Assembly: GCA_951406725.2 (NCBI GenBank)
Contig: OX597834.1
Span: 24,800,001-24,864,000, forward strand
Direction of reading: 5' to 3'
DNA: 64,000 nt
DNA from: Octopus vulgaris
Lineage: Eukaryota
How positions within the stretch are numbered: position 1 is the first letter of the stretch; every line of letters starts with the position of its first letter. The notes under the pieces are model-generated. The model was not told the DNA's origin. It worked only from the letters and a program-made list of their open reading frames with translations, and ran no database searches. A program made the position numbers and the translations under genes. Shown here piece after piece: positions 40,615-53,204 of the stretch.

Positions 40615-41545
40615 AGATAGTAAAAAAAGTGTCTTGTTTACAGTTTCTGTGATCCCTTTTCCGTCGTATGTAGGGACTTTCGCTTGTAACGGCATTTTTC
40701 GGAATCCGGTGTATTTATAATTTTTTCCGTGAACGGATCTGATTTTTGATTCTTTAAAGTACTTGTGACGTCTTATTTTTCTGGTGCTTAAGTTTGTCGT
40801 TATGCCTGGTTGGCTTCCCAGTGGGGAACGGTCATCAGCCGTTCCCGTTGGTTGATTCTCTTAAAGGGTCAGCTTGTTGTAATTGCCGAAGTTCGGTTTT
40901 GAGGTAGAATTTCATTGGACTAGAATTAAGTGACGTCAGCAACTGGTGTTTGTATTGTACTCTTGTATGGTGATTTTGAGTTGCGGTTTCGAAACCCGCA
41001 TGGAAAACTGTTAAATTATGCCTGTTGTATCTGGTTGCTTTTGTTTTTTATTTTCTTGGAGAAATTAGGTCTTTTTTCTTTTTCTCTGCGGCGTTTTTTC
41101 TTCTTTCTAAAGGATATTCAGCTGTGGTTTATATTTTTTAATGAGCATGTTTTCCTTATTTAAACGGAATTGGGTTGAAATGTTTCCGATGCATTAATAG
41201 AGAGGGAAAATTTGGTATTTCAGATTTATGTTTGCAAAGCATTGGTCTAGGCTTACGGGAATTTTCCTGGTCGTGGGGTCGCAGATTTGTTGTATGTGTA
41301 CCGTTTGTCTGTCCCTCAAGGTCAAACTAGTTTTACTTGTGTACTCTCCACCACACCATCCACATTTGAGAACATAGATTAAGTTCTTCGAAGCAGAGGT
41401 GAAGTGATTTTTTTATGGTAAAATCTTAACCTGACTTAAATTTGTATGCTGATCCCTCTAAGAGGAAGATGCAAGTCCCGCAGTTAGGGCGGTTGCACTT
41501 TTTGACTAGTGGGGTTGTATTTTTGGCGGGTAATTTGGCGCTAGT
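40615..41545 (-). mobile_element. Penelope-like retroelement 3' remnant (GIY-YIG endonuclease)
   Basis: The minus strand translates ...VKKCNRPNCGTCIFLLEGSAYKFKSG*...SASKNLIYVLKCGWCGGEYTSKTSLTLRDRQTVHIQQI...KKYKPQLN: a CxxC linker plus a degenerate GIY-YIG domain, with a stop and a frameshift. Confidence 0.85.
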
Positions 41546-43744
41546 CCCTGCACACATTTCTCATCGATCACTACTGACACTACTGAATTTTAACAAGATT
41601 ATCCACAATTTTCATATTATTGAATGTTATGAACATTTAAATCATATTTCATATTATTGAAACTTGTAACCATTGAAATTTTTAAACATGTTTTTCTAAT
41701 TCATTATTTTAAATTTTTACCATTGAGAAACAAAAAGTATTGTTGAAACTAGTTTTGTATGTATGTGAGTATGTGTGTAAATAAATTTATTCAAAAACAA
41801 TTACAAGTCTTTCAAACTTAGGTGCATTTTCAACAACAAATTTTCCTATATTTTTTCTTGCATGGGAATACATCTCCCCCTCTGTTATATATATAACTAT
41901 TCATTCATTCATAAACTCACATGTGTCCCTGTAAACGTTCTAATAAAGCTCTATGTAAACATAATCTTCGGCAGCTGTAAACAAATTAAATTTATGTTAA
42001 TGAATTCTTAATTATTTCTAATTAATTATTCTATTTTATTTAACCACATGCAGCAACACGCTTTATTTAGAGTCATCACATATAATAACAAAATATGTAA
42101 CAAAGTCCACTTATCCAAACGTATCCACACCATTTTGTTTATATTTTAATATTTTATTTCCCAGCGTCGAAGCTCCTATATAATATATTTATTTAACTGT
42201 TTATATTTTACTCAGACATGTATGGATATTTTGACGTATGTCCCAGAGGAGAGTGGTTACATTTTCCATAATCCAGTCTTAACCCTAATGAAGTGTTATC
42301 CGTATTAAATCTACTGTATCTGTTGTGTAATCGTAAAATGAGAAATTTAGTTATTACGTGAGCAATAGGATCTATATAGGTCACTAAGTCACTCACAAAA
42401 CATTATGTGTGCGATAATACAGTAACCTTGTTTTTGGTTTTATCATTTTTCTAAATCTTCAAATACATATTGGGGCGAGTCTTCGAGGCCGGAGTGTCAT
42501 TGAACAGAGAGAAATTCCGTACATCTGATACATTTTTCTGGTGTAAAATACGTTTAGCAGCTCATGAAGTGGGGGAAATTAGATACCAACAGTATATAGA
42601 CAACGCTGAAATGAGACAATGGGGTGCGGTTGTGTGGACACTGACGATTTGGCACGACTTTTGATGTCAGTACATTTTGGCAGCCGATTTTGGTGTCAGT
42701 ACTTTTTGGCACTGGAAGCAAACACACACACACACACACACACATGCACATGCAGAAATATATATACATACAGATGGATGTTGTGAGGAAGACGGTGAAG
42801 AAGAAAGAGAGAGACTGTACAATTTATTAATTGGACACGATTGACATAAACACTTTCCATCTCACACACATAAAGAGAGAAAGGGGTAGATAGACAGAGA
42901 TAGAGGGGGAGAAGGAGAAAAGAAGGAGAAAAAACAGGGAGAGACGGTATAGGAGTGAACGAGAACGAGAGAAGCGTTAAAACGTCTGAGGTCAAATAGG
43001 TCAGTGTCGAATCTACGACGCCAAATAAGGATCGCCAAAACAGCTGTGCCAAAACGTTTCATACTCCTATAGTAAACTCCAGTGATTCTAGTGATCAGCT
43101 CTAGGTCTGTAAGGTGCGATAGAAATGCTTTGTAGCAATATTTCACTCACTACCTATCAGCAATTCACCAAGTGTATATGCCTACAGCTAATTATGAGAA
43201 TTAGAAATTATCATTTTAGTTTAGTTACTAACGAATTAATGAACAACTATAATCTCGAGTTGACCTAAAGCCCTTCAATGAAATTATGTGGATGAAAACT
43301 GCATGGTAGCGCTCCTGATGATTGTACTTGTAATTCAAAAGGTACAGCTTTGTCATCGCGTTAATTCTGCTTGAGAGTACAAGTGTCTGTGGAATACTCA
43401 GCCATTTATACAGTAAGCCTTAGTGTTTAAACAGGCCATATCTGACCCCAAATATTAACTCTACGATATCATTATAAAAATTAACAGTTAGCTCATCAAA
43501 ATCTCAAAGCTGTTAGATAACGCAGGATTAATTCAAAGCAATGTGAATAACAAAAACATTACATTTGACAGAATAATGTGAAAGCTAAAAACTTAATGCA
43601 GAAGCAAGTAAAGCAATTGATTTGGACAAGTGAATCTTCTTCGTCGATCAACGGAGATCCACCACCATTTTCACTTAGCCAGATCTTTTTTCAGTATTGC
43701 TTTGTGAAGTTTTCGTTCTTTTTGCCGGGTGATGTGTAAATGCT

Positions 43745-43783
<39 letters not shown>

Positions 43784-44153
43784 CGTGTTCGTCTGTATGT
43801 TTGTGTGCGTTTGCGTGTAATGGTACCCTTAATTAATCAATTGGCCATTCCCATGACAGCAATAACAGGTCTTAGTGTTACTGAGTTAATTCTTCAGGAA
43901 TGGCCAGCTACCGTTGCTAGGCGCAAATTTCGATGTAACAGCAACCGACTAATTATTATATTATTTACATGGAGTTTCAAGTCCCATCTGACTGTGAACA
44001 CAAACTTTGGCTTCCTTGGATAGAAGAACTTGACACTAATTAATGAACCAGCCAGGTTTATCCGGTTCCTAACTGTAACGATTTGATGGTTCGGCAAGTG
44101 GAACTGAAATTGAAGATTAAATATCCTGTCTACCGGTAATAATAATAATAATG

Positions 44154-44199
<46 letters not shown>

Positions 44200-44393
44200 T
44201 CCTTTCTACTAAAGGCACAAGGCATGAAATTTTCGGGGAGGGGACTAGGCGATTACATCAACCCCAGTGTTTCACTGATACTTAATTTATCGACTCCAAA
44301 TTGATGAAAAGCAAAGTCGACCCCGTCGGAATTTGAACTCAGAACGTTAAGACGGACGAAATGCGTGCAAACGATTCTGCCAGCTCGCTGCCT
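44200..44393 (-). mobile_element. SINE family A (tail type B) next to (AAT)n
   Basis: cctttctactaaaggcacaagg tail to ccagctcgctgcc head. Confidence 0.78.
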
Positions 44394-44658
44394 TAGTAGT
44401 AGTAGTAGTAGTAGTAGCAGTAACTATTAGTACAAGGATGGCGGACGAGAGTACATTACAATTACAAAGCGCAAAAAGGAAGGAAGTTTACTTAAAAACA
44501 AATACCAGAAAACAATTATGGAAAACAGCATATAAAAGAGGGGAATTGAAACATCCGCAATAAGGGGTCGCTATCTGGGATCAAAGAGAAAATTCACATA
44601 CTTTGGAATCCCCCTTCATGGAAGTGCCCCTCTTTGCAATGCTCTCCGGGTCAATGGT

Positions 44659-46100
44659 TAGTTAGTTAGTTAGTTAGTTAATTTGGCTCAAAAGCAAATA
44701 GCAAGGCCATGTAGGGGGACATGGAGTTAAGTGCAGGGTGGTGTTCATGTAAAGAGTTCAGGCCACTTGAGGTCCAGGGAGGCTTTGAACAAAGCGGTCG
44801 TCGGCATCTTCACCATCTCGTCTGGCAGCTTGTTCCACGGATCCGCAACCCGGACGGAGAAAGCTCCTCTCCTTCGATTGAGATGAAATCGTCGCAGGTA
44901 GAGCTTTTCGGAATGACCCCGCAGCCGACGCTCCGGAGCAGGAGTGAAGAACAGCTCTTTCGAGAGGTTACACTTCCCGCTTATGATGTTGTGGGCGAGA
45001 ATGAGATCACCACGGCGGCGGCGTTTTTCAAGAGAATAAAGGTCGAGCGTCCTCAGCCTTTCTTCGTAGGACAAATTTTTGAGACCATGAACCAGGCGGG
45101 TAGCCAGCCTCTGGACTCTTTCGAGGTGCTGTATGTCTTTGAGGAGATAAGGAGAAGAGGCTTGAATCCCATACTCCAATATGGGTCTCACCAGTGTGAC
45201 ATAGAGTGGCAGGAATATGGCTGCTGTGAGCATTCCGAATGACCGTCGAATCAAAAACAGAATTCCGCGCGCTTTGTTGGCAGCATGGACGCACTGGGCC
45301 GAAGGCGAAAAGGAGGAATCCACCAAGATACCCAGGTCCTTTACCTGATCGGTCCTCTCCAGCAGCAGACGACCCGGCTCGAAATCAAGTTGAGTTGCAG
45401 GAGTAGAGCCGACAGGCAGATGACAGCACTTTGACACGTTCAGACACAGGTCCCAATCGTTAGACCACTTCCAAATTTGGTGGAGGCATCGACGAAGATC
45501 CTCTATACTACCGCGAGGAGCGACCAGTTTGATATCGTCGGCAAATAGAAGGGTGTGTTGCGTGAGGTCGTCGGGCAAGTCATTTATGAAGACTAAGAAC
45601 AACAAGGGCCCAAGCACTGAACCTTGAGGCACGCCACTGCTCGCACTGGAGACGTCGGACCGCGAACCATTAACTTGAACTTGGAAGGAGCGATCTGAGA
45701 GGAAGGCACCAACCCATCGTACAATATCCGGATGGAAACTATATGCTTGAAGCTTGACAAGTAGTAGGCGGTGGTTTACCGAGTCAAAAGCTTTGGCAAA
45801 GTCCAATAAAACGATGTCAACAGCATCACTATCATCGAGGATGCGCGTCACCAATTCTTCCATTACTAGTAAGTTGGTCAAGCATGATCTCTTCGGCACG
45901 AAGCCGTGTTGGGAATCAGTGATCGAGGCTGTGCTTAGGAGGTGGAGCATCATACTTTTCTTAAGGATGGTTTCGAACATCTTGCTGATTATTGATGTAA
46001 GGGAAACCGGTCGGTAGTTAAGCGGATCTTCGCGGCTCCCTTTCTTGAAAATTGGGCAGATTATCGCTGTTCTCCAGTCTGCAGGTATAACACCCGTCGC
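44659..46100 (-). mobile_element. Young 5'-truncated CR1-group LINE with (TAAC)n tail and 7-bp TSD
   Basis: RT ORF, short 3'UTR, (GTTA)6 at 44657-44680; TSD caatggt at 44652-44658 and 46101-46107. Confidence 0.9.
44745..46100 (-). CDS. LINE ORF2 reverse transcriptase domain + C-terminus (5'-truncated, uninterrupted)
   Basis: PIFKKG..NYRPVSLTS, QHGF, LDFAKAFDSV, GVPQGSVLGPLLF, FADD, KDLG and LERVQR motifs. The first ~14 codons of track ORF 44745-46142 come from flanking DNA. Confidence 0.9.
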   Translation of the reverse strand, partial: ATGVIPADWRTAIICPIFKKGSREDPLNYRPVSLTSIISKMFETILKKSMMLHLLSTASITDSQHGFVPKRSCLTNLLVMEELVTRILDDSDAVDIVLLDFAKAFDSVNHRLLLVKLQAYSFHPDIVRWVGAFLSDRSFQVQVNGSRSDVSSASSGVPQGSVLGPLLFLVFINDLPDDLTQHTLLFADDIKLVAPRGSIEDLRRCLHQIWKWSNDWDLCLNVSKCCHLPVGSTPATQLDFEPGRLLLERTDQVKDLGILVDSSFSPSAQCVHAANKARGILFLIRRSFGMLTAAIFLPLYVTLVRPILEYGIQASSPYLLKDIQHLERVQRLATRLVHGLKNLSYEERLRTLDLYSLEKRRRRGDLILAHNIISGKCNLSKELFFTPAPERRLRGHSEKLYLRRFHLNRRRGAFSVRVADPWNKLPDEMVKMPTTALFKASLDLKWPELFT

Positions 46101-46107
46101 CAATGGT

Positions 46108-46290
46108 GTGCTCAGGGAGGTTGGCCCTTTCCCTGAGCCCATTCATGCTAACTTTCGCCCCCCCCCCCACCTCTCGGCAAATTTACTGCTGAGCAGTACG
46201 TACGTCTTAATTCTAAATACCTTCCTTTCGTAGTGGTAAGTGAAGAAGTTAATGAGGCGGCCTGGATGAAGAGGAGTATCCCTTTTTCAA
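46108..46290 (-). mobile_element. Tx1/L1-like LINE 3' remnant (continues at ~44440-44651), the target of the CR1 insertion
   Basis: Minus strand GRLINFFTYHYERKVFRIKTYVLLSSKFAERW, similar to the remnant at 6965-7310. Confidence 0.45.
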
Positions 46291-46593
46291 AATAATGCAG
46301 AATTTAAGTTACGACCTCAGGTGAAAGAAAGCCTTTGTTAAATACTAAATTCTCGACGTAACATTACAAGAACGCAAAATCAATATTCAAAAGATTATGG
46401 AAGACAATGGAATTGATATACAATAATAAGACGATTGTTTAATAAATGGAAGGGAATTCTAGCAATATAATTAAAAAGTAACTAGTAAATATTATTAGTA
46501 CGATAAAAGAACAGATAGATATTTATTACTAAAAATCTACGAAATAAGAGATCGTAAAAATAGAGAAAATATTACTACTACTACTACTACTAC

Positions 46594-46635
<42 letters not shown>

Positions 46636-46688
46636 TAACAATTATTATTATTATTATTTCTATTTTTATTATTATTATTATTATTATT

Positions 46689-46799
46689 GAGTGAGAGAGC
46701 AGTGCATGCCATCAAAGTGACACTGGGGTAAAATATACGAAGCCCAATATACCCATCATGACTACCCGTCTGATAAAGGTACACCAGGCACATGCATCA

Positions 46800-46800
<1 letters not shown>
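46689..46800 (-). mobile_element. Short retro-insert embedded in (TTA)n
   Basis: The 3' end gatggcatgcactgctctctcactc-(aat)n is shared with the + strand copy ending ~51037. Confidence 0.6.
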
Positions 46801-46889
<89 letters not shown>

Positions 46890-47619
46890 GATAACAAACT
46901 TAAATTAAATAAAGTACTTAGAGATAATATTTACGAAATATAGGGATTGATATGAAGAAAAAAACATGAACGATATTAAATTTTAAAAGTTTAGAAATTC
47001 GAAGATATAAGTAAATATTTTAACAGAATTTATAGAAAGTATGGAAGACAATGAAAATAAATTTAATATAAATCAATGGAACAGTTTTCTAAGATGACAA
47101 GGGAGATTTATTTAGATATTAAGAAATAATTATTAGATAATTTGGGTACAAAGAGATGAAATTCATATACTTTTTGAGACAGAATTTACAAAATGTAGAG
47201 TTTGATATCAACAAGAAAAATATTAAATTAAAGATTAAAGGTTCAAATATATGAGTAAATAGCGAATAGGTTATAATGTAAGATAAGATTTATATAATCT
47301 AGTATTGTAAATTAAGATAGATTAAAGCATAGAAGGTAAGTATAAGGAATAATAATATTAATATGCATACATTAAATATTCTTTAAAATACATAATTATA
47401 GTTATAATACAGTTAAATACGCTAAAACATATTTTTATACCTAAATTTTGTATAAACATTTTTAGTATCTAAAACATTTCCAAATATGAATCGTTATTAT
47501 ATTCAAAGAGGTGGAACTCACTATATAAATAGTTAAATACAATTACTATGGTTATGGTTATAAATAATAATTACTAATAAGAAGTGAAACAACCAATATG
47601 CATAAGGCAATGGAAAAAT

Positions 47620-48230
47620 AATCATATACCATCACCATTGTTACCACCACCACAACTACAATCAGCAGCGTCTCCACCGTGGCCATCATACCTGTTTGAA
47701 GTATTTTAGTAACATCGCCGTCACCCTACCTTAACCTCAAATATCAAACGTCTACAGTGGAAAACACACTATAACCACCAATACCACTACCACCACTGCC
47801 ATCATCATCATCACCACAACAACCAACACTGCTAGCCTCTACATCACCAACATCATCATTATCATCACCACCGTCATCATCATGAATATTAACGTTATTC
47901 TTCGCATCATCATCATCAACATCATCATCATCATCATCTTCATCATCATCAACATCATCATCATCAATATAATCATCATCATCATCATCATCAACATAAC
48001 CATCATCATCATCAACATCATCATCATCATCATTTTCATCATCATCAACATAACCATCATCATCATCATCATCATCGTCATCGTCAAAACCAGCATCACT
48101 ACATCATCGTCATCCTCCTCCACCACCGCCACCAACATTATCGTCATTATTGTCCCTATAATTATCAGTCATCATAATCATCATCAACATTATCATCATC
48201 ATCATCATTGTAGTTGTCGTCGTCGTCAAA
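47620..48230. repeat. (CAT)n/(CAC)n low-complexity tract
   Basis: Seen directly. Confidence 0.9.
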
Positions 48231-48587
48231 CTTATCAATTACAATATTTTCAGGAAATAAAATTTCCAAAAAATTCTAGAAGGCTATATTTAAGAAAACT
48301 CAAGTATTGTTGACGCCATATTCCCAGAAGGTATTGCATTATGGGCCAGTCATGAAGATCAAACAGAAAAATCAACTTTATTGCTTAAACACACTGACAC
48401 GTCTTTTTTTAAACACGTCTACGCAAAATTTATATAGACGCAAGCTGACACATACACGCACATCGTTATATACGCACTTATACATTGACACGCTGGATTC
48501 GGTTAATCACACTTGCGAAAGAACAATATATATATATACATATATATAAATATACATATTATATGTATATATATACATTTATTTATA

Positions 48588-48589
<2 letters not shown>

Positions 48590-48629
<40 letters not shown>

Positions 48630-48828
48630 TTATATATATATATAATATATATATACATTTATATATATATATAATATATATATACATTTATATATATATA
48701 TAATATATATATACATTTATATATATATATAATATATATATACATTTATATATATATATAATATATATATACATTTATATATATATATAATATATATATA
48801 CATTTATATATATATAATATATATATAC

Positions 48829-48880
<52 letters not shown>
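48590..48880. repeat. TA-derived minisatellite (atatatacatttatatatatataat units)
   Basis: Seen directly; about 8 units. Confidence 0.85.
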
Positions 48881-48881
<1 letters not shown>

Positions 48882-48984
48882 TATATAAATATATGTATAT
48901 ATATATATACAGGCATCGATATTTTCTTTCATGCTGGAAAGATAAAAATACATTATACCTAAATAAGTATGTGTAAAGAAGGAG

Positions 48985-49017
<33 letters not shown>

Positions 49018-49899
49018 AGGGGGAGACAGACAGACAGAAACAGCGGGTGGAAAAGCGAGAGACATAGATTGACAGATACACACATACATATACTCACGTA
49101 TGTTTGTGTGTGTGTATATGTATTATATGTACTTAAGTATATGCATAGACGCGCTCAGACGCAGACGCAGACACAGACACACACAATGTTATCAAAAGCT
49201 ATTATTTCACTTTATATTCCGCCCAAGCTGCCTCAAATTCTAAATGCTTTCCTATTCTTACATCTTGACAAATAATTAATTGTAGACGAAAGCTTAGAAA
49301 CGTAAGAAAGACACACAAACATAGAGATACATGCATAAATGTGTGTGTTTGAGTTAAAATATGTGTAGGTATATGTTTGTATGCATGTGTATATATATCT
49401 GTCTATAGATCTAGTTATCAATATATCTATACGTGTGTGTGTGTGTGTGAATGTGTGTGCAGTGTGAGTGTTTGTGTATGTGTATCACTGCGTCGTCTAG
49501 ACTATCGAATGTTGCTATATATCGCTGGTCACAATGCACTTCTTTGCACTGTTTTATCTTTCAAATGATACCACCTCGCTTGCTAGGCGAACAAGCCTAT
49601 TTTCTCCATCATGGAGCTATGTAAAATGAAGTATCTTGCTCAGGAACACAACGCACAGCCGGCCAGAAAACCGAAACTATGACATTGTGCTACGACCAAA
49701 TCATACTCGCCTTCACACACAGACATTATATGTATGTGTCGTGTTCCGACTTAATTTGCCGACTCTTCATGTCTCCTATTGATATATTGGTGAACAATCA
49801 ATAACATTGTAGAGTATAAAGATTAAAATTGTAGTTGAGAAATAGGTAACTGACGTGGTGGACGGTAAGCAATTTGAATATTGGAAAAGAATTACCTGT

Positions 49900-50377
49900 A
49901 TCAAAACACTGACAATCATGACTGAACACCCACTGATAACCCACGGAGGGTGATTCGACGATTTCCCCTCACAGCTGCACGCACATCTGCGATGTTTTTC
50001 TCATTTCTGTTGATTGCGTGACTCCTAGAACGCTCGTCAATATCGACATTTTTTCGGTCATCTTGAAAACGTCTGAACTACTCGTACACTGTGTGCGACT
50101 AAAACACTCCTCTCCATACACTTTCTACAACTCTCTGTAGGCTTCTGAACAGGTATCGCCATGACAAATTTATCTCTCATGGTCAATGCGACGATCACAC
50201 GCTACACACTTTCCTTTCAAGCACTACTGTAAACAGCAGGAGTGAGTTAGAACGTGAAAGTTTAGTGTGCATGCAAAGCAGAGTTCGAACTCAGTCTGTG
50301 CCAAGCCGTTTCACTCAGCATACTTTAGCTTCGTTACTATGGCAACAGTCCGGATACTTATTGATCAGACCTAGTAT
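49900..50377 (-). mobile_element. mariner transposon 5' fragment (TIR + HTH region)
   Basis: Minus-strand TIR tactaggtctgatcaataagtatccggac; translation KVYGEECFSRTQ...FRRFQDDRKNVDIDERS...NRRITLR. Confidence 0.72.
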
Positions 50378-50480
50378 CTGTCAAATTTAGCCCAAACACC
50401 CTGTTGTGTGTATACACACACACACACACACACACATACACGTGTGTGCCTGTTTGTGTGGGGTTTGTGGATACGTGTTT

Positions 50481-50556
<76 letters not shown>

Positions 50557-51096
50557 GGTTACAGTGAACTCGACTCCGGTAGAATATATAGGAGCAATAC
50601 TTCAATAATACTTTCCTACGCACAACAGCCCCATTCATCCCGTAAGAACATATGTATTTATATATGGTTGTGTGTATCTATGTGTATGTGCGTGATTCAG
50701 TGTTGTGTGTGTGAGTAAATTTGTGTTTTTGTTTAAATACTTTCAAAGGAAATACATCAAGGAAAACAAACCACAGCCCGCTTCCGGATTAAACACTTCC
50801 GAATATAATGCTTATTTTTCTTTTGGAGCGCCTGTATTTTTCTTTCAGGTTTTTTTTTTCTTTTTATTACTCCATTTTTTTTTTTTTTGTTGTATAGAAA
50901 AATAAGGGGCTATGCCCTTGGCATTGAGATTTGTGGGAGAATAAGGGAGAAGCTATCGTGAGACAGGTTATTGAGCCCTAACGTTCGCAACAGAAGGGGT
51001 TGCAGTATCACTGATGGCATGCACTGCTTTCTCACTCAATAATAATGATAATAATAATAATAATAATGATTTCAAAATAATAATAATAATAATAAT

Positions 51097-51760
51097 GATG
51101 ATTTAAAACTGTTCGCGAAAACAGAGCCTCAAGTGGAGAGGCTGGTTGAGACTATGCAAACGTGCAGCAAGGATATAGGGATGGAATTCGGTATCTCGAA
51201 GCGTGCGGTGCTTACTTTGAAGCGGGGGAAAAGAGTAAATTGTAGGGTCATAGAATTGCCAAACGGAGAGAGAACGAAAGACACGTATGATGATGGGTAA
51301 CAAGTACTTTGAGATCATAGAGCTGGAAAATATCTTGAAGAAAGAAATGAAATGAAAAACAAGGTCGTCACTGCATATTTCAAGCGCTTTAAACTGCTCT
51401 TGAAATCAAAACCCAACTCAAGGAACCCTGTGACTGTCATCAAGATATGGGCAGTTGCTGTAGTCCGCTATAGTGCACCCATCCTGAAATGGGTTCAAGC
51501 AGAGATTAACCAATTCGATCGCACAACCCGAAAGACAATGACAATGCACGGTACCTTCCACCCCAAGGCTATCCATGAAGAGAGGTAAAGGAGGGCGTGA
51601 GCTGATTAGCGTATGGGAATGCATCAGCGGTGAATGAAGAAACATGGCAGAATATTTGGTAAACAGCAAACAAGACCTGCTACAGTATGCTGCTAGAGCA
51701 GAAGGAGTTAACAAAATTGGACTTGAGAGTGCTCATGAATTCCAATCAAGAACAGCCAAA
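51097..51760 (+). mobile_element. R4/Dong-clade LINE RT remnant
   Basis: DDLKLFAK...DIGMEFGISK...LKRG; KRFKLLLKSK.NSRN...WAVAVVRYS...DRTTRKTMTMHGTFHPKA; frameshifts; preceded by (AAT)n. Confidence 0.78.
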
Positions 51761-51921
51761 GTTATTCTGTCGTTTGTTCATTCTTACATTCTTTCACTTT
51801 TTTTATTCTTTCACTCCCCTATTCTGTTATATTCGATTATAACTTCACATAAACCAATACCCATTTATTTCAATGTGATTTTACTGACATCTTGTTTTTT
51901 TTTTTTTTTTTTCATTTTCAG

Positions 51922-52165
51922 GGGTAGGCAGGTCTTTCGTATATACCCCAAGTGTAGTGATAGTCACCATGTACTTCAACCACGCCAAGAGTACGGCCTA
52001 TGGTGTGGCTAGTGCCGGAAGTGGTCTGGGAATGTTAATTGTTCCACCAATATTGCAGCTTCTCTTCACCAAACATGATTTCTACAGTTCCATGCTGATG
52101 CTGATGGCGGTGGCGTTGTTTCTGTGTGTCGGTGGCAGTCTCTATCGACCACCTCCTTTCACTCC
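51922..52165 (+). CDS. SLC16/MCT-like transporter, coding exon 4
   Basis: Poly-T tract + ttttcag|GG...ACTCC|gtatgt; 244 nt; (G)VGRSFVYTPSVVIVTMYFNHAKSTAYGVASAGSGLGMLIVPPILQLLF...GSLYRPPPFT(P). Confidence 0.93.
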
Positions 52166-52536
52166 GTATGTATAACATTTATGTCATGCAATTTGCAATT
52201 CGTTGATATATATTTATCAATAACAAAAGTACTCCATCTAGTGAGGGATGAATATTATATAATAAACACAACATATGATTTTTATGTGCTACTATTAGTT
52301 TCATGTGCTGAGAACATGCCAGTGTTTCAAAACACGTCTGGTGTCTTTGCACAATCATCGGACGCTGCCCAATTGGCATAACGAACTAAAAATGGGACGA
52401 GAGAAAAGACGATAAAAAAGTATGTATAAAATGTGGAAGGTTGAAAAACCGGAAAACGAGTGGCTTAGAGCCTATGGTAGTTCGTTATGGCATGTGGACA
52501 GTATCTGACGATCGTACTGGAACACCAGACGTGTGT

Positions 52537-52582
<46 letters not shown>

Positions 52583-53204
52583 CTTACGGTGAAAGTAAAT
52601 AAAGTTTGCTTTAGAAGCGTTGAGATGTATTGAAAGATACAGAAATAATGTATTCTCAAACGCATACTAATACAATAGCATGAACAGAATAAACTATCCA
52701 TATATTGCAGAAAAATTCATATATTAAGTTCAGGAATAATTCATGAGCGTTTTTTTTTTTTTTCAAATTTAATTTCTTTCCTTTTTTGCACTATGCACGT
52801 TTCCGGTAAAAAATTTATTTTTTGAAATTCTATAAATTTTGGCCATTTTTTCATATATACATACATTATATATATGTATATTATATATATGTATATACAT
52901 TATATATATACGTATATACATTATATATATATACATTATATATATACACATTATATATATACATACATGTGCATGTACTGGTTTGTATGATATTCTCTCC
53001 TCTCACTGGCGCTTCCTTTTCTATTTTACTCTCCTCTGTCTCCTTTCGTCTTTCAATTACACCTTAGTGGGACACTATATATATGTGTCTGTATGTGTGT
53101 GTGGGTGCTTCTGTCCCTTTTTTGCGTGTGAGTGCGTGAATGTATATTTGTATATTATATATGAGTATTTCCATATTATGTATGAGTATTCGTATTTTAT
53201 ATAG

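Noticed and set aside
42615-43070. Possible element with ttggc.../...gccaaa subterminal repeats
   Set aside because: Termini and TSD could not be defined by eye.
44721-45242. 173-aa + strand ORF (and 45754-46017)
   Set aside because: Antisense shadow of the LINE RT ORF.
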